A stretch of 41,533 bases of DNA from Octopus bimaculoides (lineage: Eukaryota): NCBI RefSeq assembly GCF_001194135.2, contig NC_068999.1, positions 36,228,111 through 36,269,643 on the forward strand. The letters run 5' to 3'. Shown here piece after piece: positions 23,170-35,647 of the stretch. The notes under the pieces are model-generated. The model saw only the letters and a list, made by a program, of their open reading frames with translations, did not search any database and was not told where the DNA came from. Position numbers and translations under genes: made by a program. The first letter of the stretch is position 1. Each line of letters begins with the position of its first letter.

Positions 23170-23330
23170 GCACAGTACCAATGAGATGTCTATGTTTTAT
23201 CGACCCTGGATGGAAGGAAAGTAAGAATTGGACCGCGTTAGGATTTGAAACCAAAACGTAAAGCACAGAAACTTAATGCAACTAGCATAGTGTCCGATTT
23301 TCATCCTGTTCCACCATGTCAACACCTTAT
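23170..23330 (-). mobile_element. SINE family B, degenerate
   Basis: TTTTATCGACCCTGGATGGAAGG...GGATTTGAAACCAAAACGTAAAG. Confidence 0.55.
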
Positions 23331-25002
23331 ATTCATTAAAATGGAACTACGTCATAGTTGTGTGTGTGTATATATGTGTGTGTGTGTGTGTGCGTGCGTG
23401 TGTGTGTGCGTGTGTGTGTTTTGTGTGTGTTTGTGTATGTGTATGCGTGTGTGTGCGTGTTTGTGTGCATGCATGTAGTATGAATGAATGTATGTATGTT
23501 ATGAGTTAACTAGCATATTTGATGACAATCAATGTGAACACAGGGAAGCAGAAATACCCTTGCTTAGTGTCAGGGCGTGCAAGAAGACGGCAATCCACGT
23601 ATGTATGTGTGGCTATGACAAAAATCCAAATATTGAAACAACCGCGCAATTCATACTACTGTTACGATAAAGAACACTGAAATCTCTTTAAGATTTTATC
23701 GTAAGCATAATATGTTGTAGCCACTGCGTTCCACAAACATCGAAATAGTTCGGCGTTTATATTTCTTGATCTGGCTATGATAGTAGAAGTTGCCAAAATG
23801 TTAGGCGGTAACTGTGTGTTGCAGTTGCTGTCCATTCGTTGTTTTTGTGTTCTCACAGTGCTCTGGTCCGCTGCTGCTTATGCTACTATCTTCTGTGTTC
23901 GGTCTGATGTCTCTCATCCACCGCCTGTTGGTAGTGGCTGAAATGCGCTCAAGATATAGTGTTGGTTTGGCTCAGAAAGCACACTAAAGATGATATTGAT
24001 GCCAGATCCGGTTCCTCGTAAAGTCTTCAATGGTCAAATTTCATTTGATGACATAGATAATATTCTAACGAATCGCGATCATCTTCATGAGTTGTTTCTT
24101 TGAAACGGGTATCGTAATCCGGGTTCGCTTGCTTTAATATTCATGCTACATTACACAGCAAGCCTTTCCTCCTATCAATCACCTATTCCAAATAACTCGT
24201 ACCACATGCTGCCTCCTATAAAAATCACCTCTCTCAATCCACACCTCCCTCTCTCTCTCTGTATATATATATANNNNNNNNNNGTGTGTGTGTGGCCTTC
24301 AATGCGATAATTTTATCTACATTCTGTTTACCGCTTTGAAACTATTCACTTCACTTCCATTCTTACGGGTCGCTTACAACTCTGTTAAAGCCCTTTTTTG
24401 TCCGAAAATTTTAACTTTTTCACACTAAACAAATCACCAATTTCTACATTGCTTTTTATGTGGTTAATGGATTTTGTCTCATGCTCAAATGAAAAACGAT
24501 TATATTTCTTTGATCTTCAAAATGTCAGGCTGAGATTTATTTTTGTGAGAGCAACTTTGTGCCATTGTTATATCCCTCACGGAACTTTGTGGAACAGGTC
24601 AATAATTGAATCTCAATACATCTGTAGATGATGGAAATATGAAGAATAAACCGATCAATATAACAAATGTTAATCCGTCTGGCAAAGATAATTGGATTAA
24701 CTTAATATCATTTAAGACTCGCTCTTAGACCCAGGATGTAGGTAGCTAATATATATGATATAGAATGATATTTGGTACAATATAATTATTCGTATGAATA
24801 AAGAATTAGACTACTACGCCATGAACAATGGCACAAAGTCTTTAAATGGTCATTCGACAAGCTAGAAATAGCAGTCAATTTTCCTTAAAGTCTATTGTCT
24901 TTTGTTTTTTGTGTTTTTTTAGAGGAAACAAGAAATGACATTTTGAAAATATAATCTGAGATAATCTCTTTGTCTCGCTCTCTTTCTCTCTTTCACTCAC
25001 TC

Positions 25003-25041
<39 letters not shown>

Positions 25042-25247
25042 GTATATATATATATATATGTGTGTGTATGTGTTAGTGTGTGTGTGTGTATGTAAATACA
25101 GAGAGGGACAGAAAATGATACACACCTATATATATATATATATTTATAAATAAATACATATGTACTTAAATATGCACACACATATATATGTATATATAAT
25201 ATATATATAAGTATGTGTGTATTGTTATGTACACACGCGCGCGCGCG

Positions 25248-25286
<39 letters not shown>

Positions 25287-26329
25287 ACACACATACACAC
25301 GTACACACAAGATTGCCATGGTCAGAACATTTTTGGTCATTTATTTTAATCAGGTCTGAAACATGGCATAAAACAACAGCAGCAATAACAAACCAATAAG
25401 GAGTTTCCTTTACAGAACAGATCACGTTATTCTCCAACAACCTTCTGTGGGGAATTTCTAACTGTTTATTTAAGACTGACGAAAATCACATCCAGACTAC
25501 AATTTTGCAACATCACTGCAGCCAACTGCACCGTTATCCAATAAGACCTGTAACACATTTATCTACGATCGAAGTAGATCTTATTCAGAGAAAGACTGAT
25601 ATCAAAGCTACTGCCAACATTGAAATAAAATTTTTTTTAAGACTTCATAAATTAGTAGGAATGTGCTCGCATTAACTTCATTATAAGACAACAGAAGGAC
25701 AACGGATGGCGCACTCGTTGACTAATACCTCTCTATATCATCACACGGTAGCCGTAAATGTTCCAGTCATTAAAGACGCAGAGATAGTAACTAAGTGCTG
25801 AATTACGTTCCTTTATATTTTTATACTGTGATTGTGTATGGCAGAGCTGAAAGAGAGGTAGAAAAGCAACTTACAATACCGAATAATGTCTCTTTAAATT
25901 CTTACTTCAAAATGGTGATTTTACTGTACATTCCCCCAGTGTTGTTAAAATATGCACAAGTCATTTCCTGGGATCGACACCACTGATTCCATCCCTGTCC
26001 ACTCTAATAAGTAAATTTTTTATCTTATAAAGTAGTGAGGGTAAATGTCAGCAGCAAGTAGACGAAAGAAAACGGTTGTGGTATGTTGAAAGGGGGGAGG
26101 GGTATTTGGCGTTTCAACGCAAAATTGACCTCCGCGAAATTTGAAAGCAGGGAGTTGGATATTGGGTAATAGGTAACTGAGAATAAAAATAAGAGAAAAT
26201 ATAGATGCTGTTATTGATTTTCCTTGTTTTTATCCAGTTCTTCCTGAATAGGCTACAGAGATGATTAAATGTATGCCAGTAAAGCTCAAGCGGTCGTATA
26301 TTCAAAATTAGTGTGTTTAAGGCATCATT

Positions 26330-26430
26330 AAATAGAGTATTAATTTCATGATCATCAGGTCGTGGGTTCAATTCTCAGAACGAGAGGTGCATTGTAACCT
26401 TCAGCAAGTACACATAACCGATAATGTGCA
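26330..26430 (+). mobile_element. SINE family C-like head, degenerate
   Basis: CATGATCATCAGGTCGTGGGTTCAATTCTC (B-box-like) followed by CCTTCAGCAAGTACAC. Confidence 0.45.
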
Positions 26431-27060
26431 CCAATTCTGCTCAGGGCAGGATTAAACCTGACAGAGAGGCTGGTGACCCTTTCAGGGTTGGAAAGCTTGT
26501 ATTGTGTGTCGTGGCATAAGCATCTTAAAAGTCTGAAAAGAACTCTAGTCTCGTGAGTCTGGAAACTTGAAACAGACATTGGATTTGTTATCTGAGAGAG
26601 ATTGCCAGTTATTTCTAGCAGGACGCACCGCCAAATAATGGACCCTTCCGTCGTCTCCTGATTGTTTCATCGTTTCTCTAAAACTAAGTAGCAACATAAA
26701 TGATCTCAAGGGAAGGTCACTGTCTTGCCATTGACTTCTATTATCTTTGCTTGGCTTGTTTGTTTCAATTTTATTTATTTCTAATTTTAGGACATGTATT
26801 TGTAATTTCATTTTGATTCTCTCACAAAATCTAATTTAATCAACAAAATATTAATTTGATAATTAATACTTTGCCAAACAAAAAATTAAATGAAAGACAG
26901 CTCTTCCTGTTATATCTTCCTCTGAAGTCTATAGAGGGAGTCCACAACCCGAGACTGTTTTGTTGCTGATTATTATGTGTGTTTAGAATTACGTATGTAT
27001 GTATATCTATCTATTACTTATCCCTCCCTCACTCTGTATACAAATATATTTATGTGTGTG

Positions 27061-27101
<41 letters not shown>

Positions 27102-27111
27102 NNNNNNNNNN

Positions 27112-27156
<45 letters not shown>

Positions 27157-27470
27157 GTGTGTGTATATATACATATGCGTTCTACCCATGAGCAAGGCAC
27201 TTCACTTCACGCTGCTCCAGATAACACAGTTAAAGATGTGTACCAACCTAGTACCTGTACACCACTCAAACTCACTCCCCCTCTCTTTCTTTCTGTCTCT
27301 CTTTTTTCCTGTCTGTCTGTCTATTTTTTTTTCTCTCTCTCTATCCCTCATTCTTTTTTTCCTATTCTTGTCACATCCTCGTTGTTCAACGGGGAGCAGG
27401 GAGCTCGAGACGATAGAGGCACCTAAAACAGTCAGCAAAAGTGTCGTACAAGCCACCAGAGCGTACTCAC

Positions 27471-27637
27471 TTGCGAATGACCACAAAACATGTATGTATG
27501 TATGTGTGTATGTCAGATCGCTTTTGAGTGTTACTGGCAACATGTAATCCAGTACAACCCGTTGCATGATCGGGTCGTCGGCAACTAAACTGGCAAACCC
27601 ACCAGGCTTGCTTGGTGAGGAGGGTGTCTGTTTAACA
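27471..27637 (-). CDS. Candidate internal exon, unknown product (VKQTPSSPSKPGGFASLVADDPIMQRVVLDYMLPVTLKSDL...)
   Basis: Acceptor TTTATTTTTCATCCCGCAG, donor CAA/GTGAGT, one open frame (phase 2 to phase 1). No family recognised; the 3' part overlaps a (CATA)n-like tract. Confidence 0.3.
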
Positions 27638-27736
27638 CTGCGGGATGAAAAATAAACTCCTGAACAGTTAATGGCCATCCAACAAAATATATGTAACACG
27701 TGTATAACTTTTTTTTGTTATTTTTTTATTCTTTTA

Positions 27737-27781
<45 letters not shown>

Positions 27782-27934
27782 TTTTACTTACATATATATG
27801 TTATTTATATTTAAATCTTACTTAACTTATATTTTTAAATCGCATATATTTTACTTTTTTATATTTATATATATTATTTATATTTAATTTTCATTATATA
27901 TTTGCAAATCACATGTAATTTTTTTATGAATGAG

Positions 27935-29230
27935 CTACTCCGCGTCGGGCACCGGAGTGATATTTGATCACTTTATAGAGTGTTTAAGTGTTGGTTTGTT
28001 GTCTGGAATGACAAAGCTTACCTCATGGGTTGGTAGAAGCTCTTTAACCTTGGTTAGTAATCTACCTAGGAGGAAGAAATCTCCGAAATAAAACCTGAGG
28101 CCTTGGAACTTCTTGGTTTTGTCAATTTTCATGTAACACCGGAGAAAGTCTTCTTGGGCTAATAGGTGGAGGATAGAGAAGCGCAAGCTACACCCACTGA
28201 AAATTATTCATCTGCACAGGTACTTCCTGTACACCAAATCTAAGTAAAATCATTCAATTGGTTGGCAGAAACCTAAAAACGCACTTGTAAATTACTCTAA
28301 AATGTCGCAAATAGATTCAGTAAATGGCGAAAAAGGCTTGGGTACGTCATGGGAACAGGTCTTGATAGGCAGGTGTCCCAGTGTACCACAGACTGGACTC
28401 TCTCGTCATCCTGCCACTGTGATCAAACAAACTTCAAGAAAAAGTAAAAATAAACACCCCTAGAATTTTGACTGTTGGAATGTGCACACACTTCTTGATG
28501 ATAATTTCAACAAGAGGCCAGAAAACTTTACTGTGCTTATTGCATGAGAGCTTAAGAAATATTCCCTTGATATAGTTGCGCTCTCTGAAACTCATCTCTC
28601 TAGTGACGGTCAAGTAATTGAATCTACTTATGGATATTCTATCTTCTGGAAAGACCTACCTAAGGGTCAGCATACAGAATCTGTTGTTGGGTTTGCTCTC
28701 AATAATTCATTAGCATCCTCCATAGAAGACCGTCCACGTGGTATGTCTGAATGAACCATGTCATGCCGTATAAAACTGACAAAAGGTAGGTTTCTTACCG
28801 TTGTCAGTATTTATGTACCAACAATGTCTCATTCTGATGAAACTGTAGGAGAGTTTTATGACGATCTAGCACAATAAGGTACCCAAAAAGTTAAATGTTG
28901 CAAACTTTAAATTATCAAGCAACTTGTAAAGATTCCACGATGTTATTGAAAGTATCAATCTTGACCGAAACAATCTATGGGAAGATTTCAAAACAAACGT
29001 ATTTCAGGCTACAAGTTCGTCAGTGGGATTTAAATCACACAAGAGCGGCAGAAATTCATGATCTACTTTAAGGAAAACAAAACTTAGGCAATACACTTCT
29101 TTCTCAGTTCTTGAACCCCAACTCAAACGAAACTTATAGAAAGCTGCAAAGGAAATTGCAGACTGCTCTAAGGAAAACTAAACAAAGATGGTGGAATGAT
29201 AGAGCAAAAGGGGCACAAGAACCAGCTGTA
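27935..29230 (+). mobile_element. RTE-BovB-clade LINE, 5' UTR plus APE endonuclease and linker, decayed, RT absent
   Basis: Translates CWNVHTLLDD...RPE...LIA*ELKKYSLDIVALSETHL...GYSIFWK...VGFA...TVVSIYVPT...FYDDL (APE domain, 28480-28875). Later YRKLQRKLQTALRKTKQRWWNDRAK. The UTR has an RTE-like CTAGGAGGAAGAAATCTCCGAAATAAAACC. Confidence 0.88.
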
Positions 29231-29269
29231 TTGATGCATGTGCGTATACATGACAACACATCCTTTCAC

Positions 29270-29512
29270 TCACTCTCTCTCTCTTTTTCTCTCTCTCTCT
29301 TTCTTTTTCTCTCTCTCTCTTTTTCTCTCTCTTTTTTTTCTCTCTCTTTCTCACTCTCTTCCTCTCTCTCTTTTCTCTCTCTCTTCCTCTCTCTCTTTTT
29401 TCCTCTTTCTTTCTCTCTCTCTCTCTCTCTTTTCTCTCTCTCTTTTCTCTCTCTCTTTTCTCTCTCTCTTCCTCTCTCTCTTTTTTCCTCTCTCTTTCTC
29501 TCTCTCTCTCAT
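29270..29512. repeat. Degenerate (CT/CTTT)n polypyrimidine tract
   Basis: Direct; abuts the RTE breakpoint. Confidence 0.93.
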
Positions 29513-30167
29513 TCACACGCACACGTCCATTTCATATACACGTACACACATCTTTTACTGTCTCGTCTCTTTCACTTTAAAACAAAAGTAAATAAAAAAA
29601 AATTACGGAAATTAACGAACTCTGGATGACAAGCGAAAGATCGCCACTCTGTTGAAAATAATAAAAAAAAAACATTAAAATATTGTCTGTTTGAAGAAAG
29701 CTAAAATATAAATAGTTACTGTACAAACAACTTAGATTTTTGAAATCACTTTCAATTAAAAATATTTCTAAATGATTAAAATATTGTGTACGTCAAAAAG
29801 TCGACTTTTTTTTTTTTTACATTCATTATATGTGCGTGAATTCTATATGTGTGTATGTGTGTTGACGTCACGGAAGCCATGTTTTTTCGTCAAGAAATAA
29901 CAAACAAGTATTTTATTTAAACGTTTTCATTAATAAATAGAGGTCCAGGTATCACAAAAATTTGTACGGCATAGCCGAATGTAAGTATGAAAATAAATAC
30001 GAAAAATAATTAAGATAAAATATACTATTTCTGAGATATTTCGGGTACACACAAACATCTCTAGAATTTTAGTATTATCAAAATGTATGTATGTATGTAT
30101 GTATGTATGTATGTATGTTTGTTTGTTTGTATGTATGTATAAGTATGTATGTATGATTGTATGTATA

Positions 30168-30300
30168 CGACAGGTTTCCTCACAGTTTCTGCTTACCAAA
30201 CCCAGTTACAAGGCGTTGGTCGGCCCGCGGCTATAATAGAAGACATTTGCCCAAGATGGCGCACAGTGAAACTGGACACGAATAAGATATGATTCTTAAG
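30168..30300 (-). mobile_element. SINE family A, 5' half, adjoining (ATGT)n
   Basis: TACCAAACCCAGTTACAAGGCGTTGGTCGGCCCGCGGCTATAATAGAAGACATTTGCCCAAG. Confidence 0.8.
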
Positions 30301-31021
30301 AAAGCTAGCATTTTGTCATGCATGCAAAGTCTTCTCTTTCTACGACGCCAAGTTTTAACCACGGGAAAACTCGTTCGCTTTGGGAGATACAGCTTCACAT
30401 CGGTATCGTCGCAAATGCTTCCATCACAATGTAAAGAGCAGAGAGGATACAATGAGATATCTTGCCCGAATTTAGAGGAGAGAGAATAGAGAACAAATAT
30501 CACGAGTTATTCTCTCCAACTCTGTAACGTTTCCATCAATTCACCGCTTTATATAAGTCTACAGGATGCGATTTACGGGGGATTTGGTCGCTATTTCTAG
30601 CACAGATAGGGCCTACTATTTGTCTCAGGTTTACCTAAATGTACGATGTATAATTAAGAAATAACTTCTTTTGACAAGGATGCATAAATGATATTTCCAT
30701 TTCTGTCATTTCAAGCAAATTAAATATTCCTGAAGAAAGATGTTCTTGAAAGCATTCGACCTTTTAGTTGATTGTGCATGTTCTATTTTTATCTTTGTTG
30801 GTTCTCAATAATTAAATGTTTTAAAGAAAGAAATGAAACGTAACTTTAGAAAAGTGATGTGAAGAAAAGGCGAAAAGTAAAAAACAAAGACCCTCTTTGT
30901 ATAATGTGAAGAATTTTTACAGAAACGTAACTTGTCGTAAAGATAAGTGATGTGTTACACAAACATATACACACACACAAATGCATATATCTGTACATCT
31001 TCATATACACACAAAGACACA

Positions 31022-31083
<62 letters not shown>

Positions 31084-31664
31084 CATGTATGCACGTATGT
31101 ATAAGAGTACATTTAAGTATGGATATAGGTATATACATACATATATATACGTATGTATGTGTGTACGCGTGTATATGCATATATATAGAAGTGTGTATAT
31201 GTATGTATGTATGTATGAATGAATTTAATTTATAAAATGTGGAATTGGCAGAGTTGTTAAAACATGGGATACGGTATGTTGTGATGCGTGTTTCGATCCG
31301 TAACTTTTGCGGTTCAAATCCCACATAGACCAATGCTGCTTTTTATCATTTAGAATAAGAATAAACCACGAATCCAGAGTATTGAATTAAAGGAATCGTT
31401 AGCACATCCTACAGATATGTCACATCTAAATTCAAGTCTTATTATCGTTAATGAAGACGTTGACATTCCTGCCAAAATTCTGGCTAATCTTTTAGCAACA
31501 GCAATTACAGATAAGCAGTAGTTCGATTGGAAGATCGCCGCCAATCTTGCAATCAAACTACTACGTCCACACACACACACACACACACATACACACACAC
31601 ACACACAAGTGAGAATATCATGCTGGACCTCTCAAATCTACAAGTTTTTTCATTCTCTCTCTGT

Positions 31665-31700
<36 letters not shown>

Positions 31701-32091
31701 NNNNNNNNNNNNNNNNNNNNNNNNNNNNNNNNNNNNNNNNNNNNNNNNNNNNNNNNNNNNNNNNNNNNNNNNNNNNNNNNNNNNNNNNNNNNNNNNNNNN
31801 NNNNNNNNNNNNNNNNNNNNNNNNNNNNNNNNNNNNNNNNNNNNNNNNNNNNNNNNNNNNNNNNNNNNNNNNNNNNNNNNNNNNNNNNNNNNNNNNNNNN
31901 NNNNNNNNNNNNNNNNNNNNNNNNNNNNNNNNNNNNNNNNNNNNNNNNNNNNNNNNNNNNNNNNNNNNNNNNNNNNNNNNNNNNNNNNNNNNNNNNNNNN
32001 NNNNNNNNNNNNNNNNNNNNNNNNNNNNNNNNNNNNNNNNNNNNNNNNNNNNNNNNNNNNNNNNNNNNNNNNNNNNNNNNNNNNNNNNNTT

Positions 32092-32337
32092 ATTTTTTTT
32101 TTCAGCCTGGTACTTAGTCTATCGGTCATCGTGCCGAACTGCTATGTCGCGGGGACATAAACACACGATACCGGTTGTCAGGCTGTGGTGGGGAGAAACA
32201 CTGATACAAAGACTCGCGCGCGCGCTCACACGCATATTTATAAATGACTGGCTTCTTTTAGTTTCCGTCTACCAATTCAACTCACAGGGCTTTAGTTGGG
32301 AAGCAAGCTTCTCAACATACAACCACGCCGGTGCATA
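32092..32337 (-). mobile_element. SINE family A with large internal deletion
   Basis: 3' half (GGTACTTAGTCTATCGGTC...GCCGAACTGCT) plus head (GTTGGGAAGCAAGCTTCT). Confidence 0.75.
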
Positions 32338-32356
32338 TGTAGATGCATTTATGACT

Positions 32357-32394
<38 letters not shown>

Positions 32395-32723
32395 GTGCGT
32401 GTGCGCGTGTGTGTGTGTGTGCATGTAACTTATATATATAAGAACTATACACTCCTATCCATCACTTAAGAGATCCTCAATAGTAATCTTGTGGATCTTA
32501 CGTATGTATGCGTGTCGTTTGAACACAAGTAACTCCTTGAACTTCTTTCTATCCCAGAATTACTACTGAATCATTTGTACCCGTCTGCGCCGAATCACAA
32601 TGAACTTTCGGGTTCTAGATCTTTTTGGTTCAGGCTATTTTTGATAAATATACTAAAATGATTTCATGCCTTGCAACTGCCTTTTCATAATCTGTTCTAT
32701 TATACCTACACTCACGTGCGTGT

Positions 32724-32754
<31 letters not shown>

Positions 32755-33675
32755 AGCGCGCGGTCAGATATCACTTCTGTCAACTCTTGTATGGGATTTG
32801 GAGCGAGATGTCTCACCTGTCTATGACTTTTAGGTGTTTTAACACCCGTCACCTAAAGAGCTCTCCACGATAAATCGCAGTCTACCGGCGAACTATCAAA
32901 CCATATACAGTGAGTATATATATATATATNNNNNNNNNNNNNNNNNNNNNNNNNNNNNNNNNNNNNNNNNNNNNNNNNNNNNNNNNNNNNNNNNNNNNNN
33001 NNNNNNNNNNNNNNNNNNNNNNNNNNNNNNNNNNNNNNNNNNNNNNNNNNNNNNNNNNNNNNNNNNNNNNNNNNNNNNNNNNNNNNNNNNNNNNNNNNNN
33101 NNNNNNNNNNNNNNNNNNNNNNNNNNNNNNNNNNNNNNNNNNNNNNNNNNNNNNNNNNNNNNNNNNNNNNNNNNNNNNNNNNNNNNNNNNNNNNNNNNNN
33201 NNNNNNNNNNNNNNNNNNNNNNNNNNNNNNNNNNNNNNNNNNNNNNNNNNNNNNNNNNNNNNNNNNNNNNNNNNNNNNNNNNNNNNNNNNNNNNNNNNNN
33301 NNNNNNNNNNNNNNNNNNNNNNNNNNNNNNNNNNNNNNNNNNNNNNNNNNNNNNNNNNNNNNNNNNNNNNNNNNNNNNNNNNNNNNNNNNNNNNNNNNNN
33401 NNNNNNNNNNNNNNNNNNNNNNNNNNNNNNNNNNNNNNNNNNNNNNNNNNNNNNNNNNNNNNNNNNNNNNNNNNNNNNNNNNNNNNNNNNNNNNNNNNNN
33501 NNNNNNNNNNNNNNNNNNNNNNNNNNNNNNNNNNNNNNNNNNNNNNNNNNNNNNNNNNNNNNNNNNNNNNNNNNNNNNNNNNNNNNNNNNNNNNNNNNNN
33601 NNNNNNNNNNNNNNNNNNTATATTACTTGCATACTATCTCTTATAAACTTCAACATTATTCATTAGAGCAATTAC

Positions 33676-33885
33676 CGGAAGTTTGTGCTGAAATCGTTTG
33701 GTTCCTGTTAGTTCCAGTAAACCAATATAATATATCAGTCCATCCCCTACCCCACTCCCACACAGACACAACACACACATAATCTGCTTCTTCCATACTA
33801 TTTCTATCTTCATCAGGTATTCTTTATATCTATTTGGCATTTTCATTATTTCTTTTTTCTTCTGCTTCCGCTTGGTTTCGATAAA
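33676..33885 (-). CDS. Candidate exon (210 nt), reading frame ambiguous
   Basis: Acceptor TATTTTAATTTCAG, donor CCG/GTAATT. The phase 0 frame is fully open. The phase 1 frame gives YRNQAEAEEKRNNENAK*I*...MEEADYVCVVSVWEWGRGWTDILYWFTGTNRNQTISAQTS. Confidence 0.35.
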
Positions 33886-34825
33886 CTGAAATTAAAATAC
33901 TTACTTACTGATGATATACTACACAAGTTTGTTTCGCATTTACTCAAATGCACATGCCCATAATATTTACTACACCCACGTCACTCCCAGACACATGATT
34001 AAAATGAATATTTATAGGTTTGTGTATGAATAAACGCGCGGCTGGATGTTGGTTATGAATTTCGTTTGATATACATACGGACAGGGCAAAAGTACTCAAT
34101 ACAGATATTAAAGTATAATCCATTCCGTTCGGATAATGCCTTTAGCAAAAACTTCTAAATTTCGTTAGTGAGTGATCACCGAAAATAACGGTGTAAGCGA
34201 CCTTCGTATCACATGTGCGAGAATGAATGTTTGTGTGTGTGTGTGTNNNNNNNNNNNNNNNNNNNNNNNNNNNNNNNNNNNNNNNNNNNNNNNNNNNNNN
34301 NNNNNNNNNNNNNNNNNNNNNNNNNNNNNNNNNNNNNNNNNNNNNNNNNNNNNNNNNNNNNNNNNNNNNNNNNNNNNNNNNNNNNNNNNNNNNNNNNNNN
34401 NNNNNNNNNNNNNNNNNNNNNNNNNNNNNNNNNNNNNNNNNNNNNNNNNNNNNNNNNNNNNNNNNNNNNNNNNNNNNNNNNNNNNNNNNNNNNNNNNNNN
34501 NNNNNNNNNNNNNNNNNNNNNNNNNNNNNNNNNNNNNNNNNNNNNNNNNNNNNNNNNNNNNNNNNNNNNNNNNNNNNNNNNNNNNNNNNNNNNNNNNNNN
34601 NNNNNNNNNNNNNNNNNNNNNNNNNNNNNNNNNNNNNNNNNNNNNNNNNNNNNNNNNNNNNNNNNNNNNNNNNNNNNNNNNNNNNNNNNNNNNNNNNNNN
34701 NNNNNNNNNNNNNNNNNNNNNNNNNNNNNNNNNNNNNNNNNNNNNNNNNNNNNNNNNNNNNNNNNNNNNNNNNNNNNNNNNNNNNNNNNNNNNNNNNNNN
34801 NNNNNNNNNNNNNNNNNNNNNNNNN

Positions 34826-35146
34826 TATATAGCAATAAGAAAATGGATGGGAATATGTGGTACTCATCAACTCGTAGACATTGTACTATGTTAATTAACT
34901 TGTTTATTTCTCAACCAAAAGGACAAAAAGGGACAACAGCTGTAAGACTTTGTCCCTTCTTCGGTCACTAGATGTCCTTTTGAATTTTGAATTTTTAATT
35001 GTTGATATGACATAGTGTGTCACATGTGTTTGTATATTGTCTTTATTGTCTTTTTGGTTGGAAAATAAACAAGTTAATTAACATACTACAGTGTCTGCAA
35101 GTTGATGAGTACCACATATTCCCCTCCATTTTCTTATTGCTATATA
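34826..35146. mobile_element. Foldback/MITE-like element with ~110-bp terminal inverted repeats
   Basis: 34826-34936 is the near-perfect reverse complement of 35038-35146 (TATAGCAATAAGAAAATGG...TTAATTAACTTGTTTATT...CAACCAAAA). The spacer is about 100 bp and both ends sit in TA context. Confidence 0.8.
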
Positions 35147-35278
35147 AATTTAGGGTAAAACCCCCTTTTACCCGCACCCATTTATTGCACTTGGTAAAAA
35201 CACTAGTGTAATAATAATTGGGTACCCTCCCAGCAGTATATTGGATAGATATTATCCCTTAGTGGGATAATATCTTGG

Positions 35279-35345
<67 letters not shown>

Positions 35346-35356
35346 ATGTATATATA

Positions 35357-35492
35357 AGACGGCCTTCTTTCAGTTTCCGTCTATCAAATCTACTCACAAG
35401 GCCCGATGCTAAAGCGAAAAGCACTTGCATAAGGTGCCACACAGAATCATGTGGCTGGGAAGCAAACTTCTTACCACACAGCCACACCTGTA
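35357..35492 (-). mobile_element. SINE family A, 5' half, adjoining (TA)n(TATG)n
   Basis: GACGGCCTTCTTTCAGTTTCCGTCTATCAAATCTACTCACAAGG...CTTCTTACCACACAGCCACACCTG. Confidence 0.83.
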
Positions 35493-35647
35493 TAATATTT
35501 CCATCTACACCTGTATGTATGTATACATATATATGATTCGTATATTTGTAGGCAACTCTGCTGCGATGTTTAAATATGAAAAATAAAATTTACTGATATT
35601 ATAAATTATGCAGTAAAGAACAATATAAGACGTATAATTGAACTGAC

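Noticed and set aside
23940-24130. LMPDPVPRKVFNGQI resembling an RTE C-terminus, and SHPP resembling mariner
   Set aside because: Flanking diagnostic motifs are missing in all frames.
25416-25675. 86-codon plus-strand open frame after a TTTCCTTTACAG acceptor
   Set aside because: No recognisable domain and no corroborating exon; left unannotated pending RNA-seq.
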